In this document: positions 23,860 through 33,047 of the stretch, piece by piece
Numbering within the stretch: the stretch's first letter is position 1
Layout of the letters: the number at the start of each line of letters is the position of its first letter
Assembly (NCBI GenBank): GCA_964645935.1
Contig: CAZYAK010000004.1
Location: 1 to 52,659 of the forward strand
DNA length: 52,659 bases
Origin: an uncultured Candidatus Peribacteria bacterium
Lineage (GTDB): Bacteria > Patescibacteriota > Gracilibacteria > Peribacterales > Peribacteraceae
Reading direction: 5' to 3'
The notes under the pieces: generated by a model
Seen by the model: the letters and a program-made list of their open reading frames with translations, nothing else
Databases searched by the model: none
What the model was told of the DNA's origin: nothing
Made by a program: the position numbers and the translations under genes

Positions 23860-24786
23860 ATGTACGATGTTCTGATCATCGGCCTCGGCTGCGCTGGCTA
23901 CACTGCGGCCATTTACAGCGCTCGCTACAAGCTGAAGACGTTGCTCATCGGCGCCGAGGAAGGGGGCATGGGCAACACCGCCGCGGAGGTGGGCAACTGG
24001 CCCGGTGACATCGAGATCCGCGGCCCGGACCTCATGGAGAGGTTCAAGAAGCACGCGCAGAGCTTTGAGGAGGTCACGTCCGTCATCGCCAAGATCGAGA
24101 AGCTGGAAAAGATTCCGGGCGGCTTCCGCGCGCACCTGGAGGGCGGCAGAGTAGAGGAAGCGAAGACTGTTATCTTGGCCACAGGCTCAAACAAGCGGCA
24201 CCTCGGTGTATTGGGCGAGGAACGCCTTTCCGGCAAGGGCGTCACCTACTGCGCGACCTGCGACGCGTTCTTCTACAAGAAAAAGACCGTTGCCGTCATT
24301 GGGGGAGGGGACTCGGCCGTGGAGGGCGCTGCCATCGCCGCACAAGTAGCCGCCAAGGTGTACCTGGTCCATCGCCGCAAGGATTTCCGCGCAGAGCCGT
24401 ACTGGGTGGATAAGGTGAAGTCGTCGCCCAACATCGTCTTCGTGCTGGAAAACGGTCTGGAGGAGATCCAAGGCGACCAGCGCGTCTCGGGAATCAAGCT
24501 CAAGAAGCCCTTCGAGGGCAAGGACGTCCTGCCGGTGGACGGCGTGTTTATCGAGATCGGATCCGATCCGGCCACGCGGCTCGCCACACAGCTTGGTGCC
24601 AAGGTGGATGCCAAGGGCTATTTGCAGGTGGATGCCTCCATGGCTACGTCCGTGCCCGGTCTCTTTGGAGCTGGTGACGTCACCTCCGGGAGCAACCACT
24701 TCGCGCAGTTTGTCACCGCGGCGGGCGAGGCGGGCACCGCAGCAAACAGTGTGTTCAACTACCTGAGCACCGCCCCCGCCGCCTGA
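23860..24786 (+). CDS. trxB: thioredoxin-disulfide reductase
   Basis: ORF 23860..24786(+). FAD motif DVLIIGLGCAGYTAA, redox centre CATCD, NADPH motif VAVIGGGDSAVEGA, and C-terminal GLFGAGDV. Confidence 0.9.
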   Translation: MYDVLIIGLGCAGYTAAIYSARYKLKTLLIGAEEGGMGNTAAEVGNWPGDIEIRGPDLMERFKKHAQSFEEVTSVIAKIEKLEKIPGGFRAHLEGGRVEEAKTVILATGSNKRHLGVLGEERLSGKGVTYCATCDAFFYKKKTVAVIGGGDSAVEGAAIAAQVAAKVYLVHRRKDFRAEPYWVDKVKSSPNIVFVLENGLEEIQGDQRVSGIKLKKPFEGKDVLPVDGVFIEIGSDPATRLATQLGAKVDAKGYLQVDASMATSVPGLFGAGDVTSGSNHFAQFVTAAGEAGTAANSVFNYLSTAPAA

Positions 24787-24812
24787 GCGCGGGAGGCTGC
24801 TAGACTCGCGGC

Positions 24813-25712
24813 ATGTGGTTCCCGTTTGCGATCGGCACGGTGGTTTGTTGGGCGCTCATCAACGTGGCGGACTCCATGCTCGTGCGCCACTTCGAGCATC
24901 GCCCGCTTGTGATTGCGTGGAACCAGAGCATCTTCTCCATGGTTTTCCTCGCGGCGCTGCCGTTGTTCGTGGCGGTCGCGGTGCCCTGGCCGTTCCTGCT
25001 CCTGCTCCTCGCGGGCGGCGTGGCGGGGTTCCTGGGGGACCTGCTGTACTGGCGCGCGCTCTCGCGGGTGGACGTCTCCGTGACCAACCTCATGCTCGCC
25101 ATCCTCGCGGTGCTGCTCGGGCTGTGGGGGATGCTCGCGTACGCGGAGGTGTGGACGCTCCCGCAGGTCGCCGGCGCCTCTGCGGTGCTCGGGGGGCTCG
25201 TGGTCTTCACGGCCAAGGCGCCGGGCGGGATCCCGCTTCAGTCCGTCGGCCTCCTCGTCGCCATCGCGGCCGCGTTCCTGCCGTTCTACATCATCCAGGA
25301 ACACGCGCTGACCAGCGGCATCCCGGTGATGGCCACGTACTTCTGGCTTCTCCTGGGTCGCGAGACCATGTTCATCGTCGCGGGGCTCGCCGTCCCCTCG
25401 GCCCGCAGGGGCATCCGCGAGGGCTTCGCCAGGCAACCCGTCACGTACTATCTCTCCAACGCCTTCGTCATCGGGCTCTTCTTGGGAGCCACGTTCTTCT
25501 CAGTCCTCGCCTATGAGAGCGGGCCGGCGTCACTCGTCACGGTGGTGGGCAACGTGCAGCCCTTTCTCGTCATCATCCTGGCGTGGGCGGCCGGGCGCAT
25601 TTTGCCCAATCGGGCACCCAAAGAGCTGTTTACGGCCCAATCGGTCCGCATCAAGCTCTTCAGCTTCAGCATCGTGTTTACGGGGCTTGCGCTCCTTGCA
25701 CTCTCCCAGTAA
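24813..25712 (+). CDS. EamA/DMT-superfamily transporter
   Basis: ORF 24813..25712(+). About 10 TM helices in two similar halves, consistent with the drug/metabolite transporter fold. Confidence 0.7.
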   Translation: MWFPFAIGTVVCWALINVADSMLVRHFEHRPLVIAWNQSIFSMVFLAALPLFVAVAVPWPFLLLLLAGGVAGFLGDLLYWRALSRVDVSVTNLMLAILAVLLGLWGMLAYAEVWTLPQVAGASAVLGGLVVFTAKAPGGIPLQSVGLLVAIAAAFLPFYIIQEHALTSGIPVMATYFWLLLGRETMFIVAGLAVPSARRGIREGFARQPVTYYLSNAFVIGLFLGATFFSVLAYESGPASLVTVVGNVQPFLVIILAWAAGRILPNRAPKELFTAQSVRIKLFSFSIVFTGLALLALSQ

Positions 25713-25724
25713 AGTCTCCCGGTC

Positions 25725-25910
25725 ATGCCTCGCGGTAAGCGTACAGTCTTCGCCGGCAACTGTTCCGTCTGCAACGCCCGTGTCACCACGACCCGGTTGC
25801 ACAAGCAGAAGGATGGCGTCTCCTGGAAGGATTTCAAGATCGCAAAATTCTGCAAGGTCTGCCGCAAGCGCAGCCCCATCAAGCACAAGGAGGAGCGTCA
25901 CTCCAACTGA
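25725..25910 (+). CDS. rpmG: probable 50S ribosomal protein L33
   Basis: 61-aa basic ORF with two CxxC pairs (CSVC … KFCKVCRKRSPIKHKEE). This matches the L33 pattern …C..C…(K)YC..C.KHT.HKE.. Confidence 0.55.
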   Translation: MPRGKRTVFAGNCSVCNARVTTTRLHKQKDGVSWKDFKIAKFCKVCRKRSPIKHKEERHSN

Positions 25911-25965
25911 TCCCGCGGGTCGTCCCGCCTGGTCGGCGGCCTCTTTTCGCGTGTAGACTCCCCGC

Positions 25966-26469
25966 ATGACCCAGGTCTACCGACGCGCCGCGTCCGTGCT
26001 GGTGCTGCGCCCGTGCCCGTCTTCCGACGGAACACCCCCCTTCGAGCTGCTGCTGCTCCACAAGCCCCGCAAGAACGACGCGTGGCAGCTGCCCCAAGGC
26101 GGCATGGAGGGCGATGAGACACTCACACAGGCGGCGCTTCGTGAGCTGCGGGAGGAGGCCGGCGTGGACGGCTGCGAGGTTGTCTTGGAGAGTGACAAAG
26201 TCTATGAGTACTCGTTCCCCGTTTCCTACCGCCGCTTCCGCCCGGATAACGTCATCGGACAGCGAATTGGCTTTATTGTGGCACTCTGTAGGCCGGACGC
26301 TGCGGTTCAGGTGGACCGCAAGGAGATCGACGACTACCTGTGGATCCGCATTGGCCAGTTGGACGAGCACGTCCGTCGCCGGGAGTACACCGCGCTCGTG
26401 CACGCCATCTTCCGAGATGCCATGGCGAAGCTTCAGGGCGGGATGCCCGCGGCCGACGCCTCCGCGTAG
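25966..26469 (+). CDS. NUDIX hydrolase
   Basis: ORF 25966..26469(+). Nudix box GGMEGDETLTQAALRELREEAGV. Confidence 0.85.
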   Translation: MTQVYRRAASVLVLRPCPSSDGTPPFELLLLHKPRKNDAWQLPQGGMEGDETLTQAALRELREEAGVDGCEVVLESDKVYEYSFPVSYRRFRPDNVIGQRIGFIVALCRPDAAVQVDRKEIDDYLWIRIGQLDEHVRRREYTALVHAIFRDAMAKLQGGMPAADASA

Positions 26470-26513
26470 CCCCGTGGGTTCTCCGCGATGATCGGCCCTT
26501 TTTGCGCAGCCGG

Positions 26514-27677
26514 GTGATTGCGGTCGGAGGGGTCCTCGCGGACAATGCGCACGAACCGCCTTTCGCCCTGCGTATCCTCTCCCTCTCTGCCGAGCAGTTC
26601 CGTAACCACCTGGATCTCCGTCTGGAGCTTCCCGAGACGCCGGTGCAGCTCCTGGCAGGGCCTAACGGCAGCGGCAAGACCAACATTCTGGAGGCCGTTT
26701 CGGTGCTCGCGTTTACCAAGTCGTTTTTGGGCGTCGACGACGATCACCTGCGTACCTGGGGCCACGACTTCTACCGCGTCACCGGTCGCGTCCGCTCGGA
26801 CACCGGGGAGGAGAAGGAGCTGCAGGTGGTGAGCCAGGTGGCGCCCCGCAAGCAGAAGGCCTGCTTCCTCAACGGCGTGCGCGTACCGCTCACGCGCCTC
26901 ATCGGCGAGCTCCCGGTGGTGCTGTTTCTGCCTCAGGATCTCGCGCTCTTCACCGGCCCCCCGGCCGAGCGGCGGCGGTATCTGGATCAGATCTTAAGCC
27001 AGGTCTCACCCGAGTATTTCCTGGCACTGATGGACTACCAGAAGGTTATCCGCCAGCGGAACTCGCTGCTCAAGGCCATCCGCGAGGCCCAAGCACCGGA
27101 AGATACACTGGAGCCGTGGGACCTGCAGCTCTCGGAGAAGGGGAGCCTGCTCACACTGCTGCGCCAGGAGCTGGTCGAGACGTTCAACCTCACACTGGGC
27201 GACGAAGTGCGTTCTTTGGGAGAGATGTGGACCGAGGTGACGATGCGCTACGAGCGCACCGGAACCGAGCGGGGACAGGACGGCATTTGCCAAGAACTCC
27301 TTGGGATCCTGCGCGCCAACCGTGCGCGCGACGTCATCTTGCAGTCCACGGTCTCGGGCCCGCACCGTGACGACTGGAAGCTCATGGTGGATGGCCGTGC
27401 CATCGAGTCGTTCGCATCACGGGGGCAGCAGCGCGTGGCAGTGCTGTCGCTGCTCTTCCTGGAGGCGTCGTACCTGGAGCTTCGGCGCGCGGAGCGGCCC
27501 ATTATTCTCCTGGATGACATCTTCTCCGAACTCGACGACGCGCACCGCGAGCGCGTCATCGCGGCGTTCCGCGACCACCAGGTGCTCATGACCGGTACAC
27601 ACGTCCCAACCGGCATGAGATCTTCGGTGTGGGAGGTGTGCCAGGGCCAGGTGATCGCGCCCGCTGTCGCCGCCTAG
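26514..27677 (+). CDS. recF: DNA replication/repair protein RecF
   Basis: ORF 26340..27677(+) trimmed to the in-frame GTG at 26514 (after the NUDIX stop at 26469). …LSLSAEQFRNH…, Walker A GPNGSGKTNILEA, signature SRGQQR, and Walker B IILLDDIFSELD. Confidence 0.85.
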   Translation: MIAVGGVLADNAHEPPFALRILSLSAEQFRNHLDLRLELPETPVQLLAGPNGSGKTNILEAVSVLAFTKSFLGVDDDHLRTWGHDFYRVTGRVRSDTGEEKELQVVSQVAPRKQKACFLNGVRVPLTRLIGELPVVLFLPQDLALFTGPPAERRRYLDQILSQVSPEYFLALMDYQKVIRQRNSLLKAIREAQAPEDTLEPWDLQLSEKGSLLTLLRQELVETFNLTLGDEVRSLGEMWTEVTMRYERTGTERGQDGICQELLGILRANRARDVILQSTVSGPHRDDWKLMVDGRAIESFASRGQQRVAVLSLLFLEASYLELRRAERPIILLDDIFSELDDAHRERVIAAFRDHQVLMTGTHVPTGMRSSVWEVCQGQVIAPAVAA

Positions 27678-27710
27678 CGACAGCCCCCGGCGGGGCGTAT
27701 CCTCTCGCTG

Positions 27711-28289
27711 ATGGACGAGCGGTCATTCCTTCACGACGGCGAGCGGCTTCTGTGCAGCATGCGTGCGTCGCCGGCGGTGCTCATCCGGGGCCTGCTGCGC
27801 GGGCTCATCGAGGCGCTTGTAACGGGGTCGGTGTTGCTGGCTGTGTTGGCAGGCATCGTGATCGTTGGGCTCCAGGGCGCGCTGCCCGTGTGGGCCGTCG
27901 TCCTGTGCTACCTAGTCGCGTATGTCTCCGTAGCATGGCTGCGGTGGCGGTCGTGGGCGCATGCGCGGTTCCGGCTCACCTCCGAACGCATCCTGGTGCA
28001 GGACCCCACGGCGCTCATGCACGGCGAGCTGCGCACCCTCAAGTGGGTGCAGTACCAAGAGAGCCACACGGGGCACCGCGGTGCACTTGACCTCGTGTTC
28101 CGCGCGCGGCCCATCTGCATCCGTTTCGGCACGGCCGATGCGCAGCGCGAGCTCTGCTTCCCGTCGGTGGCGTACTCCCAAGACCTCAAGCACTACCTGG
28201 ACAAGGTGGACAGCGCCGTCCGCAGGGGCGAGTCCGCGACTGTCTCCAGCTTTGTGGCCAAGCCGCGGGGTAAACGCGACACCGAGTGA
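27711..28289 (+). CDS. bacterial PH-domain (YdbS/YdbT-like) membrane protein
   Basis: ORF 27711..28289(+). Two TM helices (LIEALVTGSVLLAVLAGIVIVGL; VWAVVLCYLVAYVSVAWL) followed by …RFRLTSERILVQD…, typical of bPH_2 proteins. Confidence 0.6.
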   Translation: MDERSFLHDGERLLCSMRASPAVLIRGLLRGLIEALVTGSVLLAVLAGIVIVGLQGALPVWAVVLCYLVAYVSVAWLRWRSWAHARFRLTSERILVQDPTALMHGELRTLKWVQYQESHTGHRGALDLVFRARPICIRFGTADAQRELCFPSVAYSQDLKHYLDKVDSAVRRGESATVSSFVAKPRGKRDTE

Positions 28290-28781
28290 TCAGCTCACGC
28301 CCACCGCACGCGTGCCCATAATGGCACCGTAGACCGCGAGGCCGAGCGCATCCGCAGCGTCATCGGGCTTGGGGATGGAGGAAAGCCTGAGCATTTTCAC
28401 GAGCATGTCCTGTACCTGCCTCTTGTCCGCGCCGCCGTCTCCGGTGAGGGCGCTCTTCAGCTGGTTGGGGGTGGGCTCCAGGAGGGAAAGCGCCGCCTCG
28501 CCCACACAGAGGAGGATCACGCCTCGCGCCTGTGCGACATCAATGGCTGTGCGGCGGTTGGTGGAGAAGAACAGCTTCTCCACCACCACGAGGTCGGGGC
28601 GGACGTCCTTGAGGAATCCGGAGAGGTCCTTGTGGATCTCCGTTAGGCGCTCGGCAGCACCGAGCCCGGCCGCCGTCTCGAGCGTGAGCCATTCGCCCGC
28701 GCGGATGTCGTAGGGGGAGGTGGCTTCCACCACCCCAAGTCCCACAGTGGCCAGGCCAGGATCGATGCCGAGAATCCGCAT
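28290..28781 (-). CDS. ruvC: Holliday junction resolvase RuvC
   Basis: ORF 28290..28781(-). MRILGIDPGLATVGLGVVE…, …VVVEKLFF… and …DDAADALGLAV (the catalytic acidic residues of RuvC). Confidence 0.9.
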   Translation of the reverse strand: MRILGIDPGLATVGLGVVEATSPYDIRAGEWLTLETAAGLGAAERLTEIHKDLSGFLKDVRPDLVVVEKLFFSTNRRTAIDVAQARGVILLCVGEAALSLLEPTPNQLKSALTGDGGADKRQVQDMLVKMLRLSSIPKPDDAADALGLAVYGAIMGTRAVGVS

Positions 28782-28851
28782 GGGTGCAGCCTACCATGCG
28801 CCCCTCTGCGCATTGAACGACGGGCAGTTTTGCGCTATACTGTGGAGAAAT

Positions 28852-30411
28852 ATGCACACCAACACCCCCACCAATCGGCTGCTTGCCCATCGCCACCTCG
28901 TGGCCTTTCCGTTGTTTCTGTTTGCACTCGCTTTCTCGCTGTCCCCCCTCGTGCGCCAGCAGGTCCCGCTGCAGGGGGCCATCCTTTCCGCCGCGGGCGA
29001 AGATACGCCTTTCCTCACCCCAGACGGAGCCTACGGCGTGCTGTTCTCCGGCGGGGAGATGATGGAGGTGCAAGATGGCATGCAGCTGCGTCAGGGAAGT
29101 GTGCTCCTCGGCGGTGAGGGCCTCGTGACGGCGTACGTGGGCGATCTGCGCGCGGTGACGTTGCGCGGCGCCATGCACGTCTCGCTCCAGGATGACCGTT
29201 TGGAGGTGGTGGCGGTGTCCGCCCCCGTCGTGATCGAGCGTGACCAGAACCTGCTGCTCTTGCCCGCTGGCAGCCGCGGCGAGTGGTCCGTCCCCGAGTT
29301 GTCCATCGCCTTCGCCCCTGAGGCGTTTGCCGATGCGCTTGGCGCCGCGGAGCCGCTGCCCCAAGACATCCTCGCGGAGGAGCTGTCCGCGCTCGCGCGC
29401 GCGCCGCATCCTCAGGCCCCCAGCCTTCCCGTGCTGCCCGAACCAGATCTCCGCCTCTCGCCCGAGCGCTTGCGCACGCGCCATGCGGCTCGCGACATCC
29501 TCGAGGCCATGGCCACCGGGGACTTCGACGAGGCGACCCGCGTGCTTGCAGAACACCGCGTCGGCCTCGCGGCCGATCCTTCCCTGGGCGAGGCTCTCCT
29601 GCGCGCCGTCATCGCCCGCACCGACACGCCGCCTTCCCTGCAGGCCGCGGTGCTGCCCTTGGTCATTCACCGCGCGGACCTCACGCTGCTCTCCCGCATG
29701 GATCCGCTGCTACGCGACGCCGCGTGGGTGACGCCCTCCAGCGCGTCCTCACCTGCCGGGCTCGCCGGCATCCTGGCCTTCCCGGCCTCCGACGTGCTGC
29801 CCGATGCGGCGTCGGACCTGGCTTCCGGGCGCTGGCATGCGGATGCCGAGGCCGCCGTCGCTGCGAGCGACGCTCCCGAGATCCTCGTCCCGCTCTTGCT
29901 GCGCGCCATGGAGCCCGCCCGCCAGGCCTACCTGGATCGCGGCTACCCCGACCGTCTCATGCGCCGTTGGGAGGCTCTCCAGGCCCTCGCCGCCCCCGTA
30001 GCTGACCGTCTGGATGGGGACGCGCTTGCGGCGCTCTCAAGGTGGAGCGACGCCGTATCGTTCCCCGCCGAGGACTTGCCTGCTCCTGAACTGGAGCCGG
30101 AGGTCTCTGCCGAGCCCCCGGCGCCGGTCGAGCCCGCCCCCCCGGCAGACCCCGCCGCGATGGAGGCGGAAATGCTTGAGCGCCTGCGCGTCGCCGGAGC
30201 CCTGATGGGCCTCTCCACGGAGATCAAAGCCGTGGAGGCGGACGCTGTCACGGTGTCGGGTGTGCTCTTTTCCTCTCCCGATGGCGACCACGCCTACGAC
30301 TTCACGTTCCACCCCGTCGAGGGCACTGCCAGCGCCATTCGGCGCGATGGCACAGAGACGGCGCTGCCGCTCCCGTGGGATGACTTCGTGCGCTGGGCGC
30401 GCGGCGAGTGA
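28852..30411 (+). CDS. membrane-anchored hypothetical protein (N-terminal TM, FecR-like beta region, Ala/Pro/Leu-rich remainder)
   Basis: ORF 28720..30411(+) trimmed to the ATG at 28852, preceded by GGAGAAAT. TM helix LVAFPLFLFALAFSLSPLV. Residues ~50-170 (…GMQLRQGSVLLGGEGLVTAYVGDLRAVTLRGAMHVSLQDDRLEVVAV…) resemble a FecR-type sandwich. No other family recognised. Confidence 0.6.
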   Translation: MHTNTPTNRLLAHRHLVAFPLFLFALAFSLSPLVRQQVPLQGAILSAAGEDTPFLTPDGAYGVLFSGGEMMEVQDGMQLRQGSVLLGGEGLVTAYVGDLRAVTLRGAMHVSLQDDRLEVVAVSAPVVIERDQNLLLLPAGSRGEWSVPELSIAFAPEAFADALGAAEPLPQDILAEELSALARAPHPQAPSLPVLPEPDLRLSPERLRTRHAARDILEAMATGDFDEATRVLAEHRVGLAADPSLGEALLRAVIARTDTPPSLQAAVLPLVIHRADLTLLSRMDPLLRDAAWVTPSSASSPAGLAGILAFPASDVLPDAASDLASGRWHADAEAAVAASDAPEILVPLLLRAMEPARQAYLDRGYPDRLMRRWEALQALAAPVADRLDGDALAALSRWSDAVSFPAEDLPAPELEPEVSAEPPAPVEPAPPADPAAMEAEMLERLRVAGALMGLSTEIKAVEADAVTVSGVLFSSPDGDHAYDFTFHPVEGTASAIRRDGTETALPLPWDDFVRWARGE

Positions 30412-30439
30412 TTCCTTCCGCATTTTTCTCCCTCATCCG

Positions 30440-31816
30440 ATGCAGTCCTTCCGTCCCGCGCCGTCTGCGTTCTTCGAGCGCCGACTGCTGGCCTTCGCCG
30501 GCGAGATACCCACCGGAACAGAAGCCCCGCCCACTGTCCCCGTCACGCCCGAAGCGGCGCTGACGGCGCTGCGCGCGAAGCTCACGGACAACACGCTCCC
30601 GCCCGACCTGCTCCCACACATGCAGGCCGAGGTGAAGCGCATCACGGCGGCTGCCCAGGGTACCGAGCAGAACAACGCGCGCGAATCGCTCCAGCGCATC
30701 GCCACGGCCTACTACACGGACCTGCGCGGACGCAACGAGGCCCCCGTCACGGCGCTGCGTTCGGTAGAAGCCGCGCTCGGCGTATCCTTCCTTGTGGAGG
30801 GCGCCCAGCTGCGCCTGGACGCCCCGCCCCGCAGCCGCGAAGCCGGCGAACTCGTAGGCACAGATCCGGACCGCACCCCCGAGAAGCTGCGCCAGTACGT
30901 CCGCACCCTGGAGAAGTCCACAGAGTACTTTATCAGCGTCCTCAACCGCATCACCCCACCGGCTCGCCAGGAGCGTATCAAGGCCACCGGCATCGCTCGC
31001 TGGATCCTCAACGAGCGCTACGAGGCTTTCCCTGCCACCCGCGAACGCCCCCAAGGGGAGGTCCGTACGCAGGTGACGGCCGGAGGGTTTCAGTTCCTTC
31101 GCGGTAACAACATCAACACCGAGGGGAACGACAGCTTCCGTCCCGGCACGCAGGCCCTCTGGCGCCCTCTGGAGGGAGTCATGCCCTATCGCGGGCAGCC
31201 CTACGCGCAGCTCGTGGCCGAGTGCGCGGAGATCAACTACACCTGGGCGCGCCAGCTCGAGCCCGCAGCCAGCCTTACGGTCTCGAGCGAGACCGTCGTC
31301 CAATTCGACCGCGAGCGCCCTGCCGCGACGCTGCGCAACGTGGAGCAGGACCAGGATGCGCCCGTCGTACCTCGCGAGGGCGAGAGCATCTTCCAGGCCT
31401 GGGAGCGCCAGTGGCAGCGCAACGAGCCCCTAGAGAAGGAAGCACGCGCCGTCCATGACGAGCTCCCCCCCGCGCTCCAAGCCACTGCCATCGCGCAGTT
31501 CTTCAAGCGAGTGCAGGTGCGGTCCGATGATGGTTCGCGCTTTGTCCTCACAGTCGGCGTGCAGGACGCGCTGCTGTTCAAGCACATGTGCCAGTCGCTG
31601 CCCCCGTCCTACCGCACGCTCTTGCCGCTGCAGGTGGTACGCGACAACGGCAACATCGTGCAGTACCTGATCACCGGCTACACCACTGCCTCGCTGCGCG
31701 ACACGTTCCGGCACGCTCGCAATATGCTCTCGACCACGGCAGCTCCCGCGGAGGTGCCGGAGGACCGCCGCCCCGTGCTCGGCCTCTTCACCGGCACTGT
31801 CGCCCGCCCCTCCTGA
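30440..31816 (+). CDS. hypothetical protein, 458 aa, no recognisable domain
   Basis: ORF 30260..31816(+) trimmed to the ATG at 30440 (MQSFRPAPSAFF…), 28 nt after the previous stop. Protein-like composition along the whole length. No TM segment or signal peptide. Confidence 0.6.
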   Translation: MQSFRPAPSAFFERRLLAFAGEIPTGTEAPPTVPVTPEAALTALRAKLTDNTLPPDLLPHMQAEVKRITAAAQGTEQNNARESLQRIATAYYTDLRGRNEAPVTALRSVEAALGVSFLVEGAQLRLDAPPRSREAGELVGTDPDRTPEKLRQYVRTLEKSTEYFISVLNRITPPARQERIKATGIARWILNERYEAFPATRERPQGEVRTQVTAGGFQFLRGNNINTEGNDSFRPGTQALWRPLEGVMPYRGQPYAQLVAECAEINYTWARQLEPAASLTVSSETVVQFDRERPAATLRNVEQDQDAPVVPREGESIFQAWERQWQRNEPLEKEARAVHDELPPALQATAIAQFFKRVQVRSDDGSRFVLTVGVQDALLFKHMCQSLPPSYRTLLPLQVVRDNGNIVQYLITGYTTASLRDTFRHARNMLSTTAAPAEVPEDRRPVLGLFTGTVARPS

Positions 31817-32148
31817 TGCTAGACGTCCGTTCCGCCGCCGGCAGCCTAGTCTCCACGGAATCCGGCGACGCGCTGTATCGTCGCCTCATGGGCGACATCG
31901 AGCCGGATCTGCTGCTCTCCACCGCGGAGCTGGACCGGAAGTATGCCGGCGAGGGCGAGGGTCCGCGGAAGCGCCGCATGGAGCGCTACCGCTTGGCTCT
32001 CCTGGAATACCTGCGTCGCTTCGAGGCTCATCTGTTCGCGCAACGCGAGGGCCACCGTTCCGCCAAGACGACGCTGCGCGCCGCCCTGGAGGCGCAGGCG
32101 GGAGGGGACGAGTCCGGAGCCTCGGCCCGGATCGACGCGATGGCGTGA
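31816..32148 (+). CDS. hypothetical small helical protein, 110 aa
   Basis: ORF 31588..32148(+) trimmed to the ATG at 31816. This overlaps the previous stop by 1 nt (TGATG), which suggests translational coupling. Confidence 0.5.
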   Translation: MLDVRSAAGSLVSTESGDALYRRLMGDIEPDLLLSTAELDRKYAGEGEGPRKRRMERYRLALLEYLRRFEAHLFAQREGHRSAKTTLRAALEAQAGGDESGASARIDAMA

Positions 32149-32177
32149 GCGTCCGGTGACGTGTGTAGACTCGACGC

Positions 32178-32768
32178 ATGGAAGATCCATTTGCCGATGG
32201 CGCCAGCCACGATGGCGAGACGTTCTCGCGCCTCAAGCTCTCAGGCAAGCAGCTGGACGGCCTGGAGTTCGATGGATGCACCTTCGAGCGGTGCAGCCTG
32301 CTCCAGTGCCGGTTCCTCCGCTGCCGCTTCACGGATTGTTCGTTCAAGGATTCGCTCTTGAGCGCCGTCGCGTTCATCGATTGCGTGTTTGTCGACACCG
32401 CGTTCACCGGCGGCAAGGCCATCGGTGTGGACTGGTCGCGCGTGGGCAAGCCTGTTCGCGGCCTGTCGTTCACCAAGGTGGATGTGAGCCAGTCGCTCTT
32501 CCGGTTCGCCAAGCTCCCGAAGCTCACACTCAAGGACTGCGACGCCAGGGACGCGGACTTCACGGAGGCGGACTGCGCGGAAGGGAACTTCTCGGGCACG
32601 GACTTCTCAGGCGCCGTCTTCCACGCCACGAACCTCACGGGCGCGGTGCTCGCCGGCGCCACCAATTATGCTATCGACGTCCGTACGAGCACCCTCAAGG
32701 GCGCCACGTTCCGGCTGCCGGAGGCGATCTCGCTGCTCCGGGGGCTGGAGATCGTGCTGGAGGAGTGA
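32178..32768 (+). CDS. pentapeptide-repeat protein (Qnr/MfpA-like size and layout)
   Basis: ORF 32178..32768(+), 196 aa. Continuous A(D/N)LXX-type repeats (…LEFDGCTFERCSLLQCRFLRCRFTDCSFKDSLLSAVAFIDCVFVDTAF… ADFTEADCAEGNFSGTDFSGAVFHATNLTGAVLAGA…). Confidence 0.85.
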   Translation: MEDPFADGASHDGETFSRLKLSGKQLDGLEFDGCTFERCSLLQCRFLRCRFTDCSFKDSLLSAVAFIDCVFVDTAFTGGKAIGVDWSRVGKPVRGLSFTKVDVSQSLFRFAKLPKLTLKDCDARDADFTEADCAEGNFSGTDFSGAVFHATNLTGAVLAGATNYAIDVRTSTLKGATFRLPEAISLLRGLEIVLEE

Positions 32769-32866
32769 GCGTTGAAAGAAGAGCCTTGGTGCAAATAGGA
32801 CTATGCTCAAAATACGTTGGTTAAGTTGCCCTGCACGAAGAGCATGTCAAATGATAGGGTAATGGC

Positions 32867-33046
32867 ATGAACATCAAGCATCCTTGGCTTCAATACTCGC
32901 TTATTGCTGCAGTCATCATCATTGTCTACTTCATCGTCGGAGTAATGATCTGGGGATGCGCATTCGCAAGCTCAACATGCGAAAGTATCTTGCCCATCTT
33001 CTATCCCGCAATGCTGATATTTGAAATGTTGAGTGGAAATTTTTGA
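32867..33046 (+). CDS. possible 59-aa hydrophobic peptide in an AT-rich patch (below the ORF-track cutoff)
   Basis: Manual translation: MNIKHPWLQYSLIAAVIIIVYFIVGVMIWGCAFASSTCESILPIFYPAMLIFEMLSGNF*. ATG at 32867, TGA at 33044-33046, ending 1 nt before the 3' end of tRNA-Ile. No obvious RBS; support is weak. Confidence 0.3.
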   Translation: MNIKHPWLQYSLIAAVIIIVYFIVGVMIWGCAFASSTCESILPIFYPAMLIFEMLSGNF

Positions 33047-33047
33047 A

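Noticed and set aside
26514-27677. The idea that recF marks a nearby replication origin (the dnaA-dnaN-recF-gyrB context), with DnaA boxes.
   Set aside because: No dnaA, dnaN or gyrB flanks recF here. Only an isolated near-consensus word (ATATCCACA, inside gdhA at about 21347) was seen, and there is no AT-rich DnaA-box cluster.
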